Source: Flavobacteriaceae bacterium (lineage in GTDB: Bacteria; Bacteroidota; Bacteroidia; Flavobacteriales; Flavobacteriaceae). Taken from it: a stretch of 64,000 nucleotides of DNA. Position 1 is the first letter of the stretch; every line of letters starts with the position of its first letter. Under the pieces are notes generated by a model. That model saw only the letters and a program-made list of their open reading frames with translations, ran no database searches and was not told the origin of the DNA. The DNA lies in NCBI GenBank assembly GCA_022565635.1, contig JAIUMH010000001.1:2428-66427 (forward strand), written 5' to 3'. The position numbers and the translations under genes are program-made. Of the stretch, positions 1-8,688 are shown one piece after another.

Positions 1-1784
1 AATAAAAATACGGCTGCTGCCAGCACATAAGGGAACCAAGAAATCACACTACCAAATGCCATTGAAGTGAGCTCAGCACCTGTAATATCTACATCTGTAA
101 TTTCATGTTTTCCAGTAAAAATAAGTACTAAAGCGGTTAATGTACAAACTACCACAGTATCTATAAAAGGCTCTAATAGTGCTACAAAGCCTTCTGATGG
201 CGGATGGTTTGTTTTAGCTGCCGAGTGGGCAATTGCCGCTGACCCAACTCCTGCTTCGTTTGAAAATGCAGCACGTTGAAATCCAACAACTAGAACCCCT
301 ATAAAACCACCTTTTAACGCATCAGCATTAAATGCTCCATTATAAATTGCACTGAAAGCTGGTCCAATATTTTCAATATTCATTCCAATAACAATTAAAG
401 CCCCTAGTACATAAATTCCTGCCATAACAGGAACGACTTTACCCGTAACTTGAGCAATACTGTTAATACCTCCTATAATTACAACTCCAACTAAAATCAT
501 CATAAATACGCCAAACCAAGGCCCGTTTCCAGCCAGCATAGGTATTTGACTTGAGAGAATTTCAAACGATTGATTAGCCTGAAACATGTTTCCTCCACCA
601 AACGATGCACCTATTCCTAAAATAGCAAAGAAACCAGCAAGAAACTTACCAAGTTTACCAAGGTTTCGTTTTTCAAGACCATACTTCAGATAATTCATAG
701 GTCCTCCAAAAATTCTACCTTCTTTATTAATAAAACGGTATTTTACACCTAAGGTACATTCAACAAATTTTGAAGACATGCCTAAAAATCCTGCCACAAT
801 CATCCAAAAAGTTGCTCCCGCACCACCTAAAGTAATAGCTATGGCTACTCCTGCAATATTTCCTAAACCAACCGTAGCTGATACCGCTGTAGCTAAAGCC
901 TGAAAGTGAGTAATTCTACCTGGCGCATCTGGTTCATCATACTTTCCACTAGCCAATTGAAGTGAATGTTTAAATCCACGAATATTGATAAAACCTAATC
1001 GTAAAGTAAAAAAGGCCGCGCCAAAAATTAACCATATAACAATAAAAGGGATAGCATTTTTTTTGGTATCTCCGTTAGGATGTGTTAAGGGAACAGGTTG
1101 ATCATAAATAATTTCAGCAAATAAGTGTGCATTAGTTTCTATTAAATGTTCAGGATTTTCAGGATCAAAAATCAGTTGGCCCTCCCCTACTAAGTGTTTC
1201 AGTTTACCATCAGTTGGAGCTTTCACATTGGCTTTTCCATCAGAGCCACGATCAATAATTGCAATTCTGTCTCCTTCTTTAATTTGTGCTCCATCTTCTA
1301 GCAACCATTTCTCAAGCTTAAATTTATTATCGGTATCGGAAACCCAACCTGGTGCAAAAATATATTTAGCATCTGCGTAAACTACTGGATCATATAAGCC
1401 TAGAGCCGCAAATGGATCCCAAAAAAGCACATTACCCAAAGCATCTACTATGGGTTTAAAGGTACCATTAAAATGTTCGGCTATGCTTTCTGCGTTAACT
1501 TTTAAGGTCTTTGTTGTTGTTCTTCCTTCTGCATCAGTTACTGTAACGGTGTAAGGTATTCCTTCTACTAATTTAGAAGCTCTATCTGAAGTTTGTGGCG
1601 TGTCTTGTTTAGACCACTTATATGTATAAGGAGGCTCTCCATCCAATACCTTTACTGTAATTTTACCGTCATTTATTTCTTTAGAAGGATTTGTAATACG
1701 AGTTTCAATTTCAAGTTCTTGAGCAGAAACAAATAAGAAACTAAATAACACAAAAACTGAGCTCAAAAGGTATTTTAAATTCAT
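1..1784 (-). CDS. Alanine/glycine:cation symporter (AGCS) family transporter with an extended N-terminal region. Partial: the 3' end lies beyond the window edge.
   Basis: The minus-strand frame is open from the ATG at 1782-1784 to position 1. It has no stop, so it is absent from the ORF track. My translation starts MNLKYLLSSVFVLFSFLFVSAQ (signal-like). It later reads GRITHFQALATAVSATVGLGNIAGVAIAITLGGAGATFWM, the AGCS hallmark block, followed by many hydrophobic helices. Confidence 0.85.
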   Translation of the reverse strand, partial: MNLKYLLSSVFVLFSFLFVSAQELEIETRITNPSKEINDGKITVKVLDGEPPYTYKWSKQDTPQTSDRASKLVEGIPYTVTVTDAEGRTTTKTLKVNAESIAEHFNGTFKPIVDALGNVLFWDPFAALGLYDPVVYADAKYIFAPGWVSDTDNKFKLEKWLLEDGAQIKEGDRIAIIDRGSDGKANVKAPTDGKLKHLVGEGQLIFDPENPEHLIETNAHLFAEIIYDQPVPLTHPNGDTKKNAIPFIVIWLIFGAAFFTLRLGFINIRGFKHSLQLASGKYDEPDAPGRITHFQALATAVSATVGLGNIAGVAIAITLGGAGATFWMIVAGFLGMSSKFVECTLGVKYRFINKEGRIFGGPMNYLKYGLEKRNLGKLGKFLAGFFAILGIGASFGGGNMFQANQSFEILSSQIPMLAGNGPWFGVFMMILVGVVIIGGINSIAQVTGKVVPVMAGIYVLGALIVIGMNIENIGPAFSAIYNGAFNADALKGGFIGVLVVGFQRAAFSNEAGVGSAAIAHSAAKTNHPPSEGFVALLEPFIDTVVVCTLTALVLIFTGKHEITDVDITGAELTSMAFGSVISWFPYVLAAAVFL

Positions 1785-1871
1785 AAAGTAATATGTATTT
1801 CTTTACTAATAATAATTTAACGTTGCAATATGCAAAAATTCTTCGGGTTATTAAAAGTTTAATCAAAGAAA

Positions 1872-2888
1872 TCAGTGACTTAAATTAAATTCTGATTTCA
1901 AAGAATTAATTTGTTTAGTATTTCCTAATATAATTAAGTGCGTTCCTTCCTTCAGTTCAAAATCACCTTCCGGATTAACAAAAAACTCCCCTTTTTTATT
2001 TTTTGCTCCAATTACACTACAGCCAGTTTTTTCATGAATATTAAGCTGATTTATGGTTTTAGATTGACCATCTTTGCATAAAATAGCGAATGATAACTCT
2101 CTTACATTTTCTGTATCACCGTCAGAAATAGAAAGATTATTAAAGAAATCTAGTAGATCTGGTGTCACAACTAATGATGCTAAATGGTCACCACCAATAT
2201 TTTCTGGTAAAATTATGTTGTTAGCTCCAGCCAATTTTATTTTTTTGTAAGCCGATTGGCTAGTTGCTCTACTTATTATTTTTAAATCTTTGTTGAGTTG
2301 ACGTGCACTTAATACAACGTAGAGGTTTTGAGCATCTTCAGATAACGCGCAAATCAAGTGTGAAGCATTTTTAATTCCTGCATCAATTAGTATTTCATCT
2401 TCGGTAGCATCTCCTTCAACATGCAGTACATTATCTGATATAAAATCTGAAGCTAAATTAGCATCACGATCTATAATAACCACATCTTTATTGTAGGTTT
2501 TTAATTTCTGAAAAGCCTGTTGCCCATTTCTTCCAAAGCCACATAAAACCACATGACCATTTAAGCTCTTGATTTCTTTTTTCATTGCTTTTTGTTTGAG
2601 TTTATTAAGCGAATAATTATTTAGTAGATACTCTGTAAGGGAGCTTATAATAAATGCCGTTAGTAACACACTAATTACAATTAAGAAAATTGTAAATATA
2701 CGTGTAGAGCCATCAAGAGGAACAGCTTCTTTATACCCCACAGTACTTATGGTAATGATAGTCATATACAAAGCGTCTAACCAAGAAACGTCTGTAATTA
2801 AAACATAACCTAAAGTTCCTGAAAAAATAATAAGTAGCAACAAGAAAGCTGCAAATAAAACTCGTGTTTTAAAATACTTTATAATCAT
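1872..2888 (-). CDS. Two-TM potassium-channel-like protein with RCK (TrkA-N/TrkA-C) domains and an atypical TVGYK pore
   Basis: 338 aa. Two N-terminal helices flank the pore loop TISTVGYKE. A Rossmann GxGxxG motif (VVLCGFGRNGQ) and a C-terminal TrkA-C-like region follow. The ATG overlaps the upstream stop (ATGA). Confidence 0.85.
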   Translation of the reverse strand: MIIKYFKTRVLFAAFLLLLIIFSGTLGYVLITDVSWLDALYMTIITISTVGYKEAVPLDGSTRIFTIFLIVISVLLTAFIISSLTEYLLNNYSLNKLKQKAMKKEIKSLNGHVVLCGFGRNGQQAFQKLKTYNKDVVIIDRDANLASDFISDNVLHVEGDATEDEILIDAGIKNASHLICALSEDAQNLYVVLSARQLNKDLKIISRATSQSAYKKIKLAGANNIILPENIGGDHLASLVVTPDLLDFFNNLSISDGDTENVRELSFAILCKDGQSKTINQLNIHEKTGCSVIGAKNKKGEFFVNPEGDFELKEGTHLIILGNTKQINSLKSEFNLSH

Positions 2889-3106
2889 AAATCAAAAACC
2901 GAAGTCCTTTTAGTGTAGAGCATATCTTTTAATTTTAGCCAAAAAGCTAAAGTTAGGTAAAGACCAAAGCCTAATCCAAAGGTAGCAAAGGAAACGTAAA
3001 TAAAAAACAAACGCACTGATTTTACTTTCATCCCTAGCCGATCGGCTAATCGTGTGCTTACATAAAAGCCGTAGCGCTCAAAAAAATACCTAATGTTCTG
3101 TATCAT
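2885..3106 (-). CDS. PspC-domain small membrane protein
   Basis: 73 aa. TRLADRLGMKVKSVRLFFIY resembles the PspC domain core and is followed by one TM helix. ATGA overlaps link it to both neighbours. Confidence 0.65.
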   Translation of the reverse strand: MIQNIRYFFERYGFYVSTRLADRLGMKVKSVRLFFIYVSFATFGLGFGLYLTLAFWLKLKDMLYTKRTSVFDL

Positions 3107-4386
3107 TTTTTTCCTAATAATTGAATCCCTAAATTACACTGTAAGCAATTATTTACATCACAATAATTTTTCTTCAACTGAATTAAGGCTTGTGATTGCA
3201 TTGCGTTTTCTGGAATATCGGCACATAACTTAGTAAAGCCTTTGGTGTATTTATTTACTTCTGGCTGAACTTGCACCATTAAATCAATTGTTTTTTGCTG
3301 TAACTCATAATTAGCTGTAAATTTAGCAAAACTAAATTGAACTGGCACTATTGTATTTATAATTATCAAATTTACGAAGCTCTTGCTTAACTGCTTGTTT
3401 GTAGCCTTGCTTTCTTTAGTTAAGCTATAATGTGTCTTCCAAAATTCTGATAACTCTACATGAAATAACTTCTTAACTTTTAAAGGGGAGTTTAAGTGAA
3501 TAACTTGATTAAATAAATCTGTGTTTTGAGCATATAAACTAGCTAATTGCGCTAAGCGAATGCTGGGAAAGTTAGGTGGTCTTAATCGAAAAAATTTAGG
3601 AGCAACAACCGCAGTATTATCTAATTGAAACTTGTTTTTTAGATACCCATACTCTTGCTGAAGTTGCTTTACATAATTATGAGTATTAGGTTTTGCTAAC
3701 AAATGCGTTTGCCCTAAAAACAGAGCCTCTAAACTTTGCTTACGATTTGATATTTTCCTTACAATAGAAAAATCAATTGAGTTGGCCATACCCAAAAAAG
3801 ATGTCCCGTTAACATTCAATCCAAAATTTTTAGCCAGTAAGGCAAAAAACACGGCTTCCCAATCGTTATTTGATTTTTCTAATAAATCTATAATTAATTT
3901 AGATTTTGTTTCCAAACGCTCTATAAAAACCCGCTCTAACCAAGATAGGATTTGAAATTTATCAAAATCACTAAATGCATATTCACAATTAATAAACTGT
4001 TTGGGTTGGTAAAGCAAATTTTCGTAGGATTTTTTTGCCTGTAAATGAGTAATTTCTTTTAATTCAAGACTTGGTAAAATAGAATTATCTTTTCTGTATA
4101 TCTCTACGTCATCTTCCCAAACCACATGAAGAATTACATTATCATAAGCCGAATCATTTTGATGTTGATGCTGGTACCAATCTGAAGCTTTTAAATGTAT
4201 CTCTACATTACCTGCCCAAAGCTGATCTCCAATTTTGATTTTAGCATTGAAAAAGTCTGGCCCAGATTCATCTTGATTGTGCCAACCAACATGGATAATC
4301 TCAAGATTTTCTCCTTGTTGTGTTTGAGCAGAAAAAACATCAAATTTTTTGAATTTCCAGAGATAATGGATAAAGTCCTCGGTCAT
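3103..4386 (-). CDS. DUF2851 family protein
   Basis: 427 aa. The N-terminus EDFIHYLWKFKKF and the C-terminal CxxCxxC cluster (CDVNNCLQCNLG) are typical of the DUF2851 family as I recall it. Confidence 0.75.
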   Translation of the reverse strand: MTEDFIHYLWKFKKFDVFSAQTQQGENLEIIHVGWHNQDESGPDFFNAKIKIGDQLWAGNVEIHLKASDWYQHQHQNDSAYDNVILHVVWEDDVEIYRKDNSILPSLELKEITHLQAKKSYENLLYQPKQFINCEYAFSDFDKFQILSWLERVFIERLETKSKLIIDLLEKSNNDWEAVFFALLAKNFGLNVNGTSFLGMANSIDFSIVRKISNRKQSLEALFLGQTHLLAKPNTHNYVKQLQQEYGYLKNKFQLDNTAVVAPKFFRLRPPNFPSIRLAQLASLYAQNTDLFNQVIHLNSPLKVKKLFHVELSEFWKTHYSLTKESKATNKQLSKSFVNLIIINTIVPVQFSFAKFTANYELQQKTIDLMVQVQPEVNKYTKGFTKLCADIPENAMQSQALIQLKKNYCDVNNCLQCNLGIQLLGKK

Positions 4387-4406
4387 ATCAAAATGTTTTA
4401 AATTAA

Positions 4407-5075
4407 TTAGTCATTAATGCGGTCCTCTTTTAATTGTTCATAAAATGAATTTACCCATTCACCGTATTGCTTGGCGCTCGGATGCAATTGGTCTTCTACA
4501 AACATATCTGATTGTCCAAAAAACTTTTGTGACAGTGTGAATAATGGATAAAAGGGGAGATTGTATTCTCTGGCAATTTTTGAAGCAACGCGATTAAATT
4601 TTTCAACATTTTCTGCTACATTGGTCAAGTTTTTCTCTTTAGCATATTCAGTATCTCCATAATCTGGAATACCTACCATAAAAACTCCTTGTGCTCCACG
4701 AACTGATTTTTCAATTGCCATAGAAACAAGTTTTCTTAAATCCTTTTCGTAAACTTCTAAGGATTTTTTTTGATATTGGTTATTAACCCCAATAAGCAAG
4801 GAAACCAAATCATATTTATCTTTTAATTTTACGTCTTTTTGAATAGCATCAATTAGTTCATCAGTTCTCCAGCCTGTAGTTGCTATGATGTAAGGTTCAT
4901 TAATTAAAACACCTTCATCTTGCAACCTAGATACTAACTGATTAGGCCAGTTATCTTTTGAAGGAACTGCTTCTCCAATGGTATAAGAATCTCCTAAAGC
5001 TAAATAATCCATCGTTTTTTGAGCTTTTAATTGAATAAAGAATAAAGGTATAAAAATTAAGCAATATATACGCAT
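4407..5075 (-). CDS. SGNH/GDSL hydrolase family protein (secreted)
   Basis: Block I is LALGDSYTIGE, block III is IGVNNQ and block V is DQLHPS. A signal peptide is present. The ORF-track start at 5081 is TTG, so I moved the start to the ATG at 5073-5075. Confidence 0.85.
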   Translation of the reverse strand: MRIYCLIFIPLFFIQLKAQKTMDYLALGDSYTIGEAVPSKDNWPNQLVSRLQDEGVLINEPYIIATTGWRTDELIDAIQKDVKLKDKYDLVSLLIGVNNQYQKKSLEVYEKDLRKLVSMAIEKSVRGAQGVFMVGIPDYGDTEYAKEKNLTNVAENVEKFNRVASKIAREYNLPFYPLFTLSQKFFGQSDMFVEDQLHPSAKQYGEWVNSFYEQLKEDRIND

Positions 5076-5113
5076 TATCAAACTAAGTTAATTTAAAAAA
5101 TCTTTTCAACAAA

Positions 5114-6019
5114 TTACTGCAATAAATTTTCCAGAGCTTTATTTACATGAGTATAAGTAAATTCAAATCCAGTAGATTCTATCTTCTTTGAGCTTACATA
5201 TTGGCTAGAAAGAACTATAGTTGACATTTCTCCTAACATTAACTTGAGCATAAAGGCAGGAACATTAGGTAAGAATATTGGTTTATTTAGAATTTTAGCA
5301 ATGGCTAAAGTAAGCTCTTTATTATTTACGGGATTAGGCGCCACCGCGTTAAAAACTCCCTCTTCTTGTTGTTTAATACAATGAATAAACAAATTACATA
5401 AATCGTCAATATGAATCCATGATTGCCATTGTTTACCAGAACCCAAAGGTGCACCAGCATATAATTCTATGGGTTTTTTCATTTTTTCTAGTGCTCCACC
5501 TTCATCAGAAAGCACTAAACCAATTCTTAACTTGGCAACTTTTAGCCCTACCTCTTTAAACTCATCAACTGCATTTTCCCACTTCTGAACAACATCACCA
5601 ATAAATTCATTATTTAAATCCGTTTCATTTTCTTCATATAATTTGGTTAATGAGTTAGGGTAAATACCAATAGCACTTGCAGAAATTAAATATTCTACGT
5701 CATGGTTGGTTTCCCGAAGTCCTTTAATTAAGGTTTGTGCGCTTTCAACACGGCTATTAATAATTTCTTTTTTATACGCATTAGTCCATCGTGAAGCTAC
5801 ATTAGCACCAACCAGATTAACAATAACAGTAACCTCTTTAAAACAATTGAGATCAATTTCTCCCTGAGAAGGATTCCAATAAAATCCTTTGTAATTAGAA
5901 TCAGACTTTATTTTGTTTTTTGAGGTTGTAAGGTAATTAATTTCTACGCCCATATCGTGAAACATATCTACCAACTCCCCACCAATCATACCTGTAGCAC
6001 CTGTAATTAGGATTTTCAT
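5114..6019 (-). CDS. TIGR01777 (YfcH-like) NAD-dependent epimerase/dehydratase family protein
   Basis: It has the Rossmann motif MKILITGATGMIGG and a DUF1731-like C-terminal end. The ORF-track start at 6040 is TTG. The ATG at 6017-6019 gives the canonical N-terminus. Confidence 0.8.
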   Translation of the reverse strand: MKILITGATGMIGGELVDMFHDMGVEINYLTTSKNKIKSDSNYKGFYWNPSQGEIDLNCFKEVTVIVNLVGANVASRWTNAYKKEIINSRVESAQTLIKGLRETNHDVEYLISASAIGIYPNSLTKLYEENETDLNNEFIGDVVQKWENAVDEFKEVGLKVAKLRIGLVLSDEGGALEKMKKPIELYAGAPLGSGKQWQSWIHIDDLCNLFIHCIKQQEEGVFNAVAPNPVNNKELTLAIAKILNKPIFLPNVPAFMLKLMLGEMSTIVLSSQYVSSKKIESTGFEFTYTHVNKALENLLQ

Positions 6020-6116
6020 AAACATTAATTTGATTCTCAAATTTAGGCTAAAGAAATTTTCATAGTCACGGCTTTAGCTAAGGTTTAACAGCAAAAATAA
6101 AAATTAAGCATTAAGG

Positions 6117-6785
6117 TTAGCGCTTAACCGCTCTTAACATTTCCCTTTTCCCTGGGGGACCAGGAATTTTTCCCACCTCAAAACCAGCGGCTAACATATT
6201 TCTTCTTGCTTGTCCGTTGGCAGAATAGGTAACCAGTACAGCGTTTTTTTTCATAGAAGTATATACTTTTTGAAAAACCGATTTTTCCCATATTTTGGGT
6301 TGAGTTCTTGGTCCAAAAGCGTCAAAAAAAACGACATCAAATTCATTTTCAAAACTTATAGATTGCAGACGTTCATTAATTTTTCTAAGCTGGCAGTTGG
6401 GTTTATACAGAAAATAATCTCCCCATGGTAAATCATGTAAACTCTTAAAATCATCTACAGAAATAGAAAGTAATTCTGGATAGTTTAAATCTTTAACGTG
6501 ATCCCAGCTCAAAGAATAAGTTTCAAAAGAAGTATAATTTATTTGCACTTTTTGATTTTGTGCATAAAGAAAAGAAAGAAGTGAGTTGAGGCCTGTGCCA
6601 AAACCCACTTCTAAAATATGAATATTTGATTTTTGATGTGCTTGAAGATAAAAATCCAAACCACTTTTGATGTACACGTGTTGTGCCTCTTGTAAAGCTC
6701 CATGTTTAGAATGATATTGTTCATTTTGACCAACTAAAGCTAAGGAACTTGAACCATCTGCGGTTAAAACCCTTTCAATCCTCAT
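6117..6785 (-). CDS. mnmD: tRNA (mnm5s2U34)-methyltransferase, stand-alone MnmC C-terminal-type domain (MnmD)
   Basis: 222 aa. It has the SAM-binding motif ILEVGFGTGLN and the FFDAFGP motif typical of the MnmC/MnmD methyltransferase domain. Confidence 0.7.
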   Translation of the reverse strand: MRIERVLTADGSSSLALVGQNEQYHSKHGALQEAQHVYIKSGLDFYLQAHQKSNIHILEVGFGTGLNSLLSFLYAQNQKVQINYTSFETYSLSWDHVKDLNYPELLSISVDDFKSLHDLPWGDYFLYKPNCQLRKINERLQSISFENEFDVVFFDAFGPRTQPKIWEKSVFQKVYTSMKKNAVLVTYSANGQARRNMLAAGFEVGKIPGPPGKREMLRAVKR

Positions 6786-6788
6786 TGT

Positions 6789-7364
6789 TTATTTAGCTAA
6801 AAGTACACCTGTAGCCTCTAAAGACAAAGTTTTTTTAGGCTCAGTAATGGCAGCTATTTCCTCATCGGTTTGCCCATCATCTTCAGCATAATGCTTTAAA
6901 TCTTCTACTGAAGTTTCTTCTATAAAAGCATGCCCTGAGACAAATACTTGATTACCGTCGATATCTTTAGGCACAAAAAAACCATAATCTTTAAAGCGAA
7001 CCATAGATTCATCTTGGCCGGCTAAATCTAATTTCATCCAACAACCTTTTTTCTTGCAGACAGAATTTACCTCAGCAACAGCAACAACTGGAATACTATC
7101 TCCTACTTTCATAGTAGCATATTTTTCAAGTAATGCATCAGCATCTAAAACTTCCTCTGGAGCAAACTCTTCGCCGTAAATATAGAATTGGTCATTTTCA
7201 GTAAAAACCAATTCATCTTCAGCTTCATGTTCTTCTTCTACTTGATTGGCTTCGGTTTCCATCTGTTCAACCTCCTTGGTTGTTTGGTCTTTTTCTTCTT
7301 TGGTAGAAGTTGAATCACAGCTTATAAAAACTGATAACATTGATAATAAAAGTAATTTTTTCAT
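6789..7364 (-). CDS. DUF4920 domain lipoprotein
   Basis: It has a signal peptide plus lipobox (FISCDS), an acidic linker and the CKKKGCWM motif characteristic of DUF4920. Confidence 0.7.
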   Translation of the reverse strand: MKKLLLLSMLSVFISCDSTSTKEEKDQTTKEVEQMETEANQVEEEHEAEDELVFTENDQFYIYGEEFAPEEVLDADALLEKYATMKVGDSIPVVAVAEVNSVCKKKGCWMKLDLAGQDESMVRFKDYGFFVPKDIDGNQVFVSGHAFIEETSVEDLKHYAEDDGQTDEEIAAITEPKKTLSLEATGVLLAK

Positions 7365-7440
7365 GGTAATTTAATTATATGATTGTTTAAAATTAGGAGA
7401 AAATTAATGAATTCACAAAAATTATTCTCTTTAAAAATAC

Positions 7441-7448
7441 TACATTTG
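7441..7448 (+). promoter_or_regulatory. Bacteroidota-type -7 box (TAnnTTTG) for ilvE
   Basis: TACATTTG lies 18 nt upstream of the in-frame ATG at 7466. It overlaps the GTG used by the ORF track. Confidence 0.45.
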
Positions 7449-7465
7449 TGACAAATTTAAATGAA

Positions 7466-8533
7466 ATGGACGTAAGTAAGCTAACATTAGACATAAAAAA
7501 AATAGAGAAATCCAGAATCAACCAAGTTGACTTCAATAATTTAGCCTTTGGAAAGAATTATTCTGACCACATGATGTACTGTGATTATGTAGATGGAGAG
7601 TGGCAAACACCACAAATTGTTCCTTATGGACCGATGGAATTTGCCCCATCAACAAAGGTTTTCCATTACGGACAAGCTGTATTTGAAGGAATGAAAGCTT
7701 TTAAAGATGATCAAGGCAAGGTGCATTTATTTAGACCTGAGCAAAATTTTGAACGCATCAACAAATCGTCTAAGCGATTAGCTATTCCTGAATTTCCGAA
7801 GGAATTATTTTTTGAAAGCTTAGAAACTTTATTAAAATTAGATAACGAATGGATTAAACCAGGTCAAGGTAATTCGCTTTACATTAGGCCTTTTGTAATT
7901 GCTACTGAAGAGGGTGTTGCTGCATCTCCTTCAGACCGCTACCGATTTATGATTATAACTTGTCCTGCTCAAGCTTACTACAACCAACCAGTAAAAGTGA
8001 TTTTTGCACAAGAATATTCTCGTTCTGCTGATGGTGGTGTTGGATATGCAAAAGCTGCTGGTAATTACGGCGCTCAATTTTACCCAACCAATTTAGCTAA
8101 AGAAAAAGGTTACCAACAGGTAATTTGGACGGATGCAAAATCACACAAATACCTAGAAGAAGCTGGTACAATGAATATATTCTTCAGAATTGGAGATAAG
8201 TTACTAACAGCACCTACTAATGACAGAATTTTAGATGGTGTTTCTAGAAAAAGTGTAATTCAAATTGCCAAAGATAAAGGAATTGAAGTGGAGATTAATC
8301 CAGTTGAAGTTGACCGCATTGTAGAAGCTGCAGAAAAAGGTGAACTGAAAGAAATCTTTGGAACTGGTACCGCTGCAACAATTGCAAAAGTAATTGGTTT
8401 TGAGTACAACGAAGTTTATCGAGATTTACCTCATGTAGAAGAACCATACAGTGACTTAATGAAAAAATCTTTACAAGACATTCAATACAACCGCACTGAA
8501 GATAAGCACGGTTGGTTGCATGAGATTAAGTAA
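7466..8533 (+). CDS. ilvE: Branched-chain amino acid aminotransferase (class IV PLP fold)
   Basis: It shows full-length similarity to IlvE-type enzymes (FEGMKAF, YIRPF, GNYGAQ, GTGTAA blocks). I moved the start from the GTG at 7448 to the ATG at 7466 because of the -7 box. Confidence 0.9.
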   Translation: MDVSKLTLDIKKIEKSRINQVDFNNLAFGKNYSDHMMYCDYVDGEWQTPQIVPYGPMEFAPSTKVFHYGQAVFEGMKAFKDDQGKVHLFRPEQNFERINKSSKRLAIPEFPKELFFESLETLLKLDNEWIKPGQGNSLYIRPFVIATEEGVAASPSDRYRFMIITCPAQAYYNQPVKVIFAQEYSRSADGGVGYAKAAGNYGAQFYPTNLAKEKGYQQVIWTDAKSHKYLEEAGTMNIFFRIGDKLLTAPTNDRILDGVSRKSVIQIAKDKGIEVEINPVEVDRIVEAAEKGELKEIFGTGTAATIAKVIGFEYNEVYRDLPHVEEPYSDLMKKSLQDIQYNRTEDKHGWLHEIK

Positions 8534-8556
8534 CATAAAAATAATTTTAAAAAAAA

Positions 8557-8592
8557 GCCGATTTGAGACCTCAAATTGGCTTTTTCTTTTTT
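8557..8592 (+). terminator. Rho-independent terminator after ilvE
   Basis: gccgatttga-gacc-tcaaattggc forms a 10-bp stem (one G-U pair) with a 4-nt loop, followed by tttttctttttt. Confidence 0.8.
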
Positions 8593-8662
8593 ATGAACTG
8601 CAACAGAAAAATAATTAGCTTATAAAAATGCTGTATTTATTTTTCTTTAGTACTGATTTGAT

Positions 8663-8670
8663 TATTTTTG
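8663..8670 (+). promoter_or_regulatory. -7 box (TAnnTTTG) for ffh
   Basis: TATTTTTG ends 18 nt upstream of the ffh ATG at 8689. Confidence 0.45.
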
Positions 8671-8688
8671 CAACAAATATGATACACT

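Noticed and set aside
67-279. 70-aa plus-strand ORF at the left edge
   Set aside because: It is antisense to the open-ended AGCS transporter gene, whose translation is unambiguous.
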